Assembly (NCBI GenBank): GCA_002633005.1
Contig: NMRA01000343.1
Coordinates: 393,671-457,670, forward strand
Source: Phoronis australis
Taxonomy: Eukaryota > Animalia > Phoronida
Length of the DNA stretch: 64,000 nt
Direction of reading: 5' to 3'
Shown here: piece after piece, positions 13,401 to 25,400 of the stretch
Position numbering within the stretch: position 1 is the first letter of the stretch
Layout of the letters: each line of letters starts with the position of its first letter
Notes under the pieces: generated by a model
Seen by the model: the letters and a program-made list of their open reading frames with translations, nothing else
The model's database searches: none
What the model was told of the DNA's origin: nothing
Program-made: the position numbers and the translations under genes

Positions 13401-16400
13401 GACGGTGGTCACTGTCTAGTACAAGGCCAAACACCTATCAGATGACAATCTACTTAACGTTTGAGAGAAGTTCTTATTCGGACTATACAACTGTCGAAGA
13501 ATTTAAGTTACAAAACGTTACATTTCAGTCTCGTCACCTCCAAATGAGGCATGCAACACAGAGCAAGTATCATACCGATTCAACACTTTATCCTGACAAG
13601 TACGACTGAAAATTCCGTTCAGGGCCCGGTCTCCAATTTTTTTACTCGAAATGGAACTCGAAATTAGCTTTGGCATTTTCTACTTTACTTTTGGGCGAAC
13701 TCAAGATAAGTGTCTATTATTCTATGCTCGAGTACATAATAACTTACGTAGTTAATTTATTGCCCTTAGTTCACAGCTTGTAAACCCAATATTAAAGCAA
13801 TAAGTTCGAGTTTGAACTCGAAATTTCGAGTTTTTACTCGAGTTTGTAGCACGAATATAAGGGTCTTCAAGGGCAAACTTGAGCTAGAAACTCCTATGCA
13901 TAAACTATAATGTATTCGAGCACAGTCTGATAACCAATTATCTTAAGTTCGCACAAAAGGAGCAGAGAAATTGCCAAAACTAGTTTCGAGTTCGTTTCGA
14001 GTACAAAGATTAGAGACCGGGCCCTGTACACTTATCCAGTCAACAGTTGCACCCGAGTTAAACCAACACTCACAATAAGCTCATTGCCTACTTTACTTTG
14101 CATCAAGCAGACCTCTTCTACTAAGTGCGCAGTACACCACTATACATGTACATGTACACTGTACATCCTCAGGCATGCAACGACATGCAGCGGTAAATTC
14201 GATGGAAACGAAAAGCAAAACCGGACGTGAACAGTGAAGACAAGTAAATATAGGAATTCAAGATAAGTTTTGATTCCTTGCTAATCCATTACGAATGACG
14301 TCAGTTGTGCTTCCGAAATGGCACGACCGTTATATTAAAAGGAATAGTTTTGTGAACGGCATTGAAAAATGAACGATTCGAAGTTACTTGATGTACCATA
14401 CTGAGCTACTCGGTGCTTAGCTTATCCGTTGAAGTAAATGGACACGGTACTCCACGGTGTGAGTTTGAGTGATCTTCCCAAAATCACCATTCAAGGCTAG
14501 CTTGATTAACGGCTTCTGGAATGTAATTTATCTAAAATTTACGGAACAGATTTGGAGTAAATTAATCACAGACATGCCAAATCTACATCTGAGACAAAGC
14601 AGAAGAAAATATCCAAATAATAGATGAAGCATACATCAGCCATTAGTAAGCCTATAATACAAATAACATAGGCGTATACACATACATCAACGAAATGCTC
14701 TAACCACATTAGGTACCACCAAACGCCTCACATGCTTTGACAGGGGCAAAAAAAAACTGTGGGTATCCAAAAGTTAGTGTCCGGCCTCGAGCATCCGGGC
14801 GTTCACTGAATTACTGACCCGTACAGTACGTTGGTCTTCGAATACCTGTACGTTGAACACTGGACCTCGGCGATTTTCTCTAGTTGTTCCACAATACTAA
14901 CCTCTTCTCAAGACGCAAAATATTGAAGCCTGTAGAAGCTCTACTGTACCTGTGTACGGTACGACATTCAAACGATCATTATAACGGAAAGACGTGAAAA
15001 AACAGAGGAAAAGAAAAAAAGGAGAATGAATTAAAAGAAAAATATCCAGACGTACAATTCATATGAGTTTAGCTTTGCATGCTTTGTGGTGCATTAGCAA
15101 CAACTATTCGTACTAAACTACTGTTTGGTGTTCTATTCTTGGGCATATCCGGGACTTGTGGTGTCAACAACGGCGATTCGGCATAAGTTCCTACCCCTGG
15201 GTTCCCTTCTTCAGCCCCGCCGCGGACTGACAATCTCGAGTTCGCTTTTAACGCTGACTTGAAACTCGTCTGAAAATGAAAAATATTGGTTAAAGGTCGT
15301 CATTTGATTTACCAAATCGTTTTTTGTTTTGTTGCACACTTCTACTGAAGTGGAGGGAGTTTAAGTGGGGTCGCGTTACGATTCGCGTAAATGATGAAAT
15401 CATGGATTTCTAGATGCTACTTACTACAGTTTTTTGAATGACACAGATCACGACAAAGTGTTGTTCCTCTCCCGAGTAGTTATGTAGCTGTTTTAAATTA
15501 GAGACGTTGCTTATAGGACGACGGCGGCATAGCGCCAGAATTGACCTAACAGGGAACCAGTGGCGTGTGCAAAGGTGGAGTATTGTTGACTGGAACGTTT
15601 ATGGCATGAAGTGGAAGCGAATGATTAGCGGGATACCGGAGGTTACAGGTTGGCGACCACGGTGAGAGATAGCCGGTGAGAAAGCGATGGTTCACGGTTT
15701 ACGGTGACACACATGGTATCCATAGCGGAAGGATCCATCGCTACGGAACAGGTTTGCCGTTCAAGAAAACATCGATCAACTTCAAGTTGTCTCATAAGAA
15801 GTAATGGTATACCTTCTTCTTTCTCGAAGCCAGTTTGGATTTGTACACAATTTCGACGACAGACATCACCATCGACAAACCAAGACCTCCGACCAGAATA
15901 TAAAAGACACCCGAAACATTACTGAGTGTGAGAGGACTCATGGAGGACTCCTGGAATACACGATATGGACAGCCAGGTAAAGACACCATCTAGTGGTTAG
16001 ACATTTTAAATGATAGTTAAGACCAGAAACCCGCATGCAACAGACATCCCCAGTCATGGTTAATCAGTACAAAGTTCTAGGATCGGAATAAAAAGGCGTA
16101 TTATGATTTCCTCGAGTAGTAATATCTTGACATTTTACAAACTTGAAAACCGCCTACTTTAGGTCAAAAGTCTCATTAATATTACAAAGAAGAATCTGGC
16201 AAACCTTTTTATCGCCATCTGGTGGTCCACACTCGCCCTTATCGTACCACCATCTCGTTTTAAACTTTCTCAACGTTCCATCTTCTTTCATCCGAAGAAT
16301 TGCCAGTGTTATGGCATTTCTGTTCAATAAATTGAAGCGTTTCGTTATCAGTAAAGACATACTGAGAAGACATGACCACCAAGACATGGTTGGTGTATCA

Positions 16401-19400
16401 TTTCCTCTTCAAAAACCCTTTTACCATGGCCAAATCTATGATGTTAGTTTGAAGGTCATTTGGGCTCATTTTCATGTAGTCCGTAAATTAATAGAGGTCG
16501 GACAATGAGATCTGTGGAGTATTCGTCTTGATTCGAAAACAGCGTTTCGTTTATATACGTTTACTTAAATATTGGACTTTCAAAGCATAAAACTTTCGGA
16601 CTACGCTAGAATGTTAATGGCTTAGATAGAATTGTGGATGCCTATGGCGGAAGATAACGGTGCTACTAAACCCCCCCTGATACCACTGATATCATGCTGT
16701 TTTCCAATAATTTCCACTTTTGTGTAATCCCCGCTCACCACACCGATGCCTCTCTGTGCTTTCCGTGCCACCACCAGTCGTGTCAGTTGTGGGTCACCCC
16801 GCGTCCCCGTAGGTGCCGCTCACCTGTTGGAGTGCCGCCAAGGAACTACATGTATATCACTGTGTATTGTCCAACAATCGGTGTACAGCACTGCATGACT
16901 ATTAGACGTTTTGTTTGTCAGAAAAATCATTATAGCGCGTCCCTTCTCTTATCTAGTCATGTAGTACACCATTAATTTGAACACTAAGCAAGTCTTACGC
17001 TAACGAGATTTGCACGAAAGTAGGCGAAAAAGCGTGCACCGTTTACCCCAGAGTATCCAGCGAAGTCCTCGGCCCACTCATGGGCTTGGCTGAACGTGCT
17101 GGTAGAGATAATTGCAGTCGTAAACCAAAACGCCTGTTTAGCGTACGAGTTTCAGTCAAGAAGCGAACAATGAGTAAGGCAAAAGACTGCTTTTGAAATT
17201 GAAAAGTAAATATGAGCCGTCTTTGAATTTTTAAAATTGAGGCATTTTAAGATAAATTAGCGATTAAGTACTAGATTTTCTTCAGTTTTGCGGCTAAGCA
17301 ACGATCAATAATTAGTATATCGATTATGACAGCCTGGCTCAGGCTCGGGGTAAAAAAAACCCCAAATGTCTCATGAATAGTTGCGTTTTCAACAAATTTA
17401 CCCACCTGTATGCATTATGAGCACTACACGCGACTCCGAATCCTTTGGAGTCGAGGTTGTTGCCTACTTTCATCGTATTGCAAGGCAGTTTTTGGTTATG
17501 ATAGTCGTTCGTAGGCTCGTCAAGTAGAAAGGCATACTTCCCCTTCGATTCTCTAACTCGCTGTACACCTTCCTCTATACTGTCCACGAAAACGTCATTA
17601 GAGGCCTTCATTTGCTCGCTCATTTTCTTGAACACAGTTACCTTAGATGTCTAGAACGATGCATATTAAGTCAAATCAAATGAACAAACGCCAAGGGTAA
17701 TGTAATCAATATGCGTTTACGTTAACGCATCGCAAATAGTATTATACAAGATTACATAACGTTTCCATGCAATACTCGCCAAATTTTTGGGCTTTGTGAA
17801 TTGTCAGAAATTTGGTCATCGTTAATCACGAAATTTGGTTGAGTGCTTTCGAGCATCCCAAATGAAATTGCTAAGAATGGAAATGTTACTAAAAGAGATG
17901 ACGCTGATCGTGAAACAATATCGAGTAGGCTTGACATTTCATGAAGATCAATGTTTTGGCGGATTAAAATATGGACTCCAAATAGCTAGATACTAGGTTT
18001 TGTTTTGGTAGAAAGTGAGACGGTTGTGAAAATTACAGCGAAAGAACTGCCAGTCAGTTATTGTTGAGACGAGGCTCTACAAGGAATATCGAACTGTCAT
18101 CTCTTTGCAAGCACAGGAATGACTTCTCAACCGTGAATACGTTGCGACCAATTTCGCAGTGTTAAGGGGTGTAAACCAAATGTTCGCTTCCTAGATGGAA
18201 TACGCTTTAGGTGAGCAATAGAAAGCGCAAGGGCTTCACATTCGTTCGAAAACTAGCAAGGTACCATCAAAATCTTGTGGTGTAAAATAATAAAAGAGCC
18301 ACTAGGTGGCACTGAGTTAGTCTAAGTCGTCTGCAAAATAATTAGGATTTTTTTCAAATTTCTGAAAAAGAATTAAGTTCTAAACATAAACATTTAATTC
18401 ACATATCAACAGTCGGTCTATAGTGCTTAGTGATATAAATACTTCGTCTCTGAAGAAAATACAAAGAGAATGTCACGTTTTAACAGCAATTGAAATACTC
18501 GAGACAGCGGAAACTATGATTTCACATCATCCGGTAGCAATGGTTGTAGTCACGTGACCTCAAACAAGCGTGTGCTGTACAAAATTACAGTAATCGATTA
18601 AACGAAAATTATGAAACGTACAATCATGCAAAAATTTACATTCACGAATAAAACAAAGACTCTGCCATCGTTTTAAGTATCTACGTGGGCATTAAATACT
18701 ATTCTTACCTTTAAAGAACCACGGTGTGTTTAGATGAAAGATTTGTAAAATAATTTGAACGCAAGCCAGTTTAGCCAAAACTAGACTTAGCAGCTCTTTT
18801 AACAAACTCATCATCAATTTCTTCAATCTAAAAATTGAGATAAAATTTCCAGTCGTGATTGTTGAATATGTAACAATGTACAGCAAAATTACCTTCAAAA
18901 CACACCTTTTCGACCAAAAGAAAAGCAAATGCTTACAAGACTGTAATGTAGAAAATAGTCCCGTTCACTGATACCATTCCACTGATTTAGTAGCGAAAAC
19001 AGTAAAGTGTATTTTGACTTTTTAAGCCTTGCACATTGTAGTGCAGTTATAACAGAACCACTGGTTTTTCGATGACTTAAACTACTGAAACAAGAAGATA
19101 AAACATTGATATAATGACACCCTGAACAGTTCAGAATCTACGGTATACTCTCTTGTAAATAAAACTTACATCAAAGAATTTTCTCGTAGCACCGGTACGA
19201 AGAATACCGTATGATATTTCGCTATGGCGTGACAGCTCATCAGCTGACTCAACGGGTAAGATTAATTTTTCTATCGTAAGAAACGCCGCTAGGTTTGCGG
19301 TGTACGAGGCGATTATGATAAGGGAACAAATCCACCAGACTCCTGCCGCGCTTCGCCCAGAGATGGAGCTGTGGAAATATATCATAAACTGCACTTGATT

Positions 19401-22400
19401 CACTCGCTCGACTTACGCCAGCTCATCCGGGTTAACCGGCTGAGACACCTAATTGGTTTGTGCGCCGGAAATCAATCGTCGCCGAGAACCAATCAAATGC
19501 TCCGGATGGCTAACCCGCCTCCCGTTCAGTAACGCTAGGACCTCGCTTAAAAGCAAGACTTCGCGAGACTACGTGAGATATTGCCGTGTATTTTAAATGA
19601 AAACACGTGACTATGACTAGGTTTTTGCTAGGTTCTAGCGTAGGTCGTAGCGTCTACTGAACGCACGCCCGGCATGCGTCAGTTGACTGAATAAAGTGCA
19701 GCCAAGAATGAACAGTGATAATATAATTAAGACACAAAAGCCTGCCTGTGAAAGCGACATCCACCAAGTATGTTTAATTGAAAGGCTTTTCGTATGATAT
19801 CCGTGTGACATTTATCATTGAGTGTTCCGTGAGAAAGTTTGAATCGTTTTAAACAAAATAATATGTTTCATTTTTCCAGCTTACATAGTGTAGCCTGCAT
19901 TCACACTGATGTTATCAGAAGACCTTTCTCAACCCTCTGTACACAGACTTCCTAAAGTGCATTTTCACACACAATGACATGCAGCTAATTCATGACAGTG
20001 TACGCTGAAATGCCATGCATTCGTGCAGCAAACCATTCCAGATGCGTTTACCATTCGCAGTTACCAAAAATATGAAAGGTGTCGAGATTGCATGAACATT
20101 AATCGCAAGCGTAATCGATAAGATTGTCATCGAAAGCGAAATTTTCAAGTCCACACCATTTTGAAAATCGAGACCTGCACCTTCAGGCAACAACACCTCC
20201 GCCTAGTGCCGGATTAAGTTTTCTCTGTCTTCAAAGCCTTGGAGTGGAGGGGGCGGGGGGGGGAGCACACACATTGTGCCCTCGTCCTGGCAGTCACCGT
20301 ATGTCGATTTTGATCCTTCTCGTCTCTTAAGGTTATGAGCCGGGGTCCTGTTTTAGTGTTGGACCCTAACCTGTCTTTCTCCCTGTTTAGCTGACTAAAA
20401 AACGAAATCGACTTAGGTTCAGGTTTTACTCTTATAAAATCAATCTCAAAAATTCCTTCGGACTTGTTTTCTCAGTTACCAAAAAGAACGTACGGTGTTC
20501 GACAGGTCTAGAACGCAAGGTGTCGATCTTACTGGTTGGCCAACCACAAAATTCGAAAATACGCGGGCCGTAGGGAATTGCATTCAGAAATAAAATTACC
20601 GTTGTTTTCACCTTTGTTACCCCTTCTTAGGTAACAAGTCGTTACATTTAATACTGTTCTCTATGACTAGAGTAAATTTGTAACATATCGCGCAAGTACA
20701 TAAACAATAGGTTGGGATCCGCCACATGAACAGTCTGGGCGAAGTTTTTTAAAATCTGCCGAAAAAAAGCGGCATGTAGTCCTATTCGAAGGGAATGGAA
20801 TAAATTCGATCTCGGTCGATAAGAGGAATGTCCTGTGGGATCTTATTTCATCTACGCCACTCTCAGTACGTTTTCTGCATTTACTTACAAGTTCCTCATC
20901 ATCAATGGAGACCAATTGGCGGTGACGTAAATACGTGTACGTAATGATGTTTGTAAATACGAATGCACTTCGGTTGACAACTCCAAATATCTTTAAAGTG
21001 GCAGCTGAACAGGGTGAAATGCAATCCGGCACTGGCTTTGGCACACCACGAACCAAATCGCTTCTTGCCTCGAGGCTTGGTGAATTCAATGAGAATTGTG
21101 TGAACATCGACAAAGAATAAAACTGAACATTTCTAAGAAATGGTGCGGACATGCGTATTCAAGCCCTCCTGCACTTACATCGAAGAATTCTCTTGTGGTA
21201 CCACTTTTAACGGTCCCATACTTAATGGTGGAGTGGGTTTTCACCAAGTCATCAGGTGATTGGATTGGGACTATCATTTTCTCAATGGTCAAAAAAGCAG
21301 CCAGGTTGGCCGTGTAGGATGATATAATGATTAGGGTGAACAGCCACCAAGCGCTTGCGACTATACGACCAGATGACGCACTACGGAAATGAAAATTAAG
21401 ACGAGTTCAGTAAAGCGAGGGTGAAACAGTGAAAAAGCTTTTACGTGGTTTTCCACACAATGTGCCTATTTGTGCAATTAACAAACCCAAATTCAAACTA
21501 CTGCCTTTGGAGTTTCATACCTGGGCTGAGTTTCGTAGACGCAAAATTGCCACCAGGATGATCACTTGCTTCGCTTGAAAATGGCGCCATGTCGCGCACT
21601 GTTGCGTGATTTTGAGTTTTCGTGAGGTTCTCGCGTCTACGGAACGCACGCTTGCTCGATTGCATAAAAATACGGAGTTTTTATGTGACTCATTGTCATG
21701 TGATTACATTGGTTGCAATACTATTAACGAAACTAATACTTGCAGGAAGTGAAAACCACGTGAAAGGTTTTGTGCTTAGACATAGGCGTAGGAAACGGGG
21801 ACAGGGAGAGTGAAAACACCACTTTTAGGCTACACTAGCAAAAACGTTTGACTTGGAACTCATCAGACACTCATAAATACAACTTGGCACTTCGCAACGT
21901 GTTGCTGACGGACATTAAAATTCATTCCGGTATAAGTACATAAACGTAATGCGCAAAATTACGAATAAATAAAAGAAACTTATAATATTTCCCGGCGCTA
22001 GCTGAGAACTCGCCTAGCACATAACTCCAGTCACCAAATGGCAAGACCATCTCGTCCACCGAGTCAACTTGGACTTCCAAACATGTGGAAATCGACGATA
22101 TTTCGTGAGTCCGCTCAAAAATAGTTCGACAAAGCGAAAATTTACGAGAAAAGGAAGCAGAAGAATTATAGTCCGGTTATCAAAAAGTGGACTGATGACT
22201 TGGCATGACAAGACCGTGCCATGCATTTTTCGTCTAAAAATATCGCATACGGAATTAATCTGATCGTTGCTAAGTAATATTATACACGCTACTGATGACT
22301 TCCAAGTAAACGGAGAAAGGACTCCCGTACGAGGAGCCTAGTGGAAATGCAACGTTGACAGAATATTTCATGGGGTTTACCAGAAAATTTGATTCGTAAT

Positions 22401-25400
22401 GTTGCGCATGGAATCCCTTATCTGGCATTAGTCGGATTTCTGATTGGAATACCATAATAGCTAAATGTCAAAAATACCCTTTAAGGGTTTTGATAAAGCG
22501 GTGCAGCTTAAAGATACCACTGTAGTGACTAAATTCGTCAGATAGTCGACAAGGAGTCATCCCAGAAACAAGTGTGATTCAAAAGTTTTGGTTGATAAAG
22601 GAGACACCAATATTGGGTAGCAGGTATCGGACAAGGGAAAGAAGATATGATTAAATCTCCCCCTATTCGAGCATGTAATATTAAGTACAATAGTTTTGGA
22701 CGCTAATAAAATTGATTAGTTACGCAGCAGTGGCCACCTATGTTTGAAAATCTACCAATACATTAGCTTCCATAATAGAAACGGACATGCACGCTGTTCA
22801 AATTCCCCAAAGTTCCTCCAAAGACTTGGTTTGGTAACCAGAAAAGAATATTTTAAAGAAGTCAAATCTGCCGTTACTTAAAGTACCCCAGTACCGAGAG
22901 CCAATAATGTACTTGGGAGAGAGGCGCACGCCATGTCCGGTTAGTGGCATGGCACTTGAAATTTAAATAAACATTATGAAACCACTGTTTTCTTTCTTGT
23001 TTTTCATTTTTGATATGTCTGCCAGTTTTCAAGCAATTACTGCTACAAGTATAATCTGATTAAGAGGCGGACGTCGAATAACTAGTCAACTAAAAATACC
23101 AGGATAAATGAAATTTTGTTTTTTAGACATGTGATTATGTCCCCAATCCATACAGGCGCCAATGAATGACTTCTTGTCAAATACGTGACGTCACTTCACT
23201 CTCCCCGCAATCAGCAAATGCTTCCTAATCCTATGTTAGAGGTTTCCAGAAACACTACAAAGCGAGGACATTTTGCATACGACAAGAACACGTCAAAATA
23301 TTTAGCCTAAAACTAGTCCAAGTAGCGTTATGTGGACCACGTTTCTTGGGAGAAAACCAAGAACTCTTAAAACCTTGCAAAATCAGTGTAAAGCAGGTGT
23401 TTTGTAAGTATGGTCAAGACTTTACTAGCCACCACATAAGTGATTGGGCGGTAAGGTTAGAATGTTGAATTTTGAGATTTAATTCACTGTCTCTGTTCCA
23501 TAATTGTACAAGATTTTTCGTCGCAAATGTAAACTAATGTCTAATAATTTGGGTCCACGTAACGCAGTTATGGGCTGCGTTTCCAAGACACTTGCTTACG
23601 AAACGGAAACAGTGAATAATTCTATCCCATAATTCAACATTTTAACATCACCGACCAATCACACTAGTGGGAGCCATTTTTTCAGGGTACCCTAGTAAGG
23701 TCTTGAGCATACTCGTGATACAACCAGGTGACTTTGCGTGGTCTTGCGGATACGGAACGCATCCCTCATAAGTACATCGTAGTTTCTAAAAAATAGAGAT
23801 CCTCGACTTTTCTCCTTTTTGATCTCAATGAATTTGAACTTATTAAAGCAACAAGGATGTAAAGGAACTTGTACGGTAATTCTTCTATTAATTCACACAC
23901 ACGCTAACCATACGCTGTTCTCGAAAGAGATAGGGATAACATTCCTGTAGGTTGGCCTTGTCGGAAACGTTCATGTCCAAAAGGTCTTACAAATGCAGGG
24001 TATTCCATCGAAATTGGGATCCCGGTGTCGAATAACAGACTCCCGCACCTTTAAAACAGCTGTATCCCGAAAAACACGAACCCCCTACCTTTTAAAACAC
24101 AAACCCCGACCTTTAAAACAGTTACACGGGGTATCGGACAGGAAAGCTGGACATTTTTCAACTTTTCTGAGACGATGTCGGTAGCCTTAAACTTTGAGTT
24201 AAAGGATCTTCAAATACTTTCCAGTTCTTTTCTGCATTTGTTTGTTAAAATTGACAATAATAAAACGTAACTTATATTATATTGACCTTCATCTGATTTT
24301 TATGGTAAAAGTCGTACAACTTCTTTCTGGACGAACTCCAACATAATCCATATTCTCAACACGTTCTTATCTCGGTGAACATTTAGTTCATTTCAGATCA
24401 TTGAATAGTTTCTCCAAAATATTTTCAAAAATGAATAACAAATATATTATTTCGAATTTCGAGTGCCATCTTTAATTAATTCCTTTAAATATCTTTACAA
24501 CTAGCTGCACTTTAGGTTAGTCGATTCACTTGTCAAGAGTACATCAAGTTCCGGCACAATTTCCTGATTTTGAAATGCCCTACGAGAATTATTAGCTCAA
24601 AAGACCTGAACCGTCACAATTTCACCTTTCTTGCTCTCTAAAAGTGCACTTCAACTTGTCATCGATCATGAAAACGGAATTTGGAATCAGAATTTTTGAA
24701 CTCAGCGCATTCCCTTTGACTGCATTTCTATGGAACACCTTGAAATGGTGTTCTAAAATTTTACACAGCACGTGTCTAAAAAACAATAAATTGACTACAC
24801 TTGTTTTTTTACATAGGGAATGCCAGTTGAGACAGATCAACCAACAAAGACACCAGTTTATTAATTTCCGATGTGAGCATGAGATCAACATCGAGGGAAA
24901 GGCAAATAGTTACGGGTTGGCCGGGGGACACGGCATACGCCGGGAGAATGAATCAAGTGCAGTGCTTTCGTACACATAATAGGAAAATCACTGCGTTCAT
25001 CAAAGAACATTTGTGACTGCACTTAAAAAATCAAAAGGTCGTACCTGGGAGCGATGTCTGCGCCTTGTTGCATGAAGCATCCTAGACTAAACCATAGACT
25101 GTTGTACAAAGTGAAGTCGTCGCTCTCTTCATATGGACTGAACTTACAGGTAACGAACAATACGAGGCTTACACAAATGTAGGCACCCACGATACAAAGC
25201 CAGACGGTATGGTGCAGAGGATCCATGAAAGAGAATACGCCTGGTTTTTGTTTTTGCGGTTTCATTATCATGATGCTGATACCCAATGTCATGAATGGTT
25301 TCGAGAAGTCGACCACTCTTTCCCTTGGCGAGATTATAGTTAAGTCGCCAACGGCCAAGTGCGCCCTCTGAAACAGCGACAGTGACGAAAGAGTATTATT

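Noticed and set aside
19170-21380. Duplicated M3 exon as an allelic assembly artefact or dead pseudo-exon
   Set aside because: The copies are only about 60% identical in protein with heavy synonymous divergence, flanking introns are unrelated, and both frames and splice sites are intact
22270-22455. Minus-strand ORF containing [10 protein letters not shown], faintly like the end of S2
   Set aside because: Wrong position in the gene, no other S2 motifs and no convincing splice sites
23405-25070. Editing-complementary sequence for the Q/R site in intron 11
   Set aside because: No intronic stretch complementary to the FMQQG codons was seen; the foldback at 23.4-23.7 kb pairs only with itself
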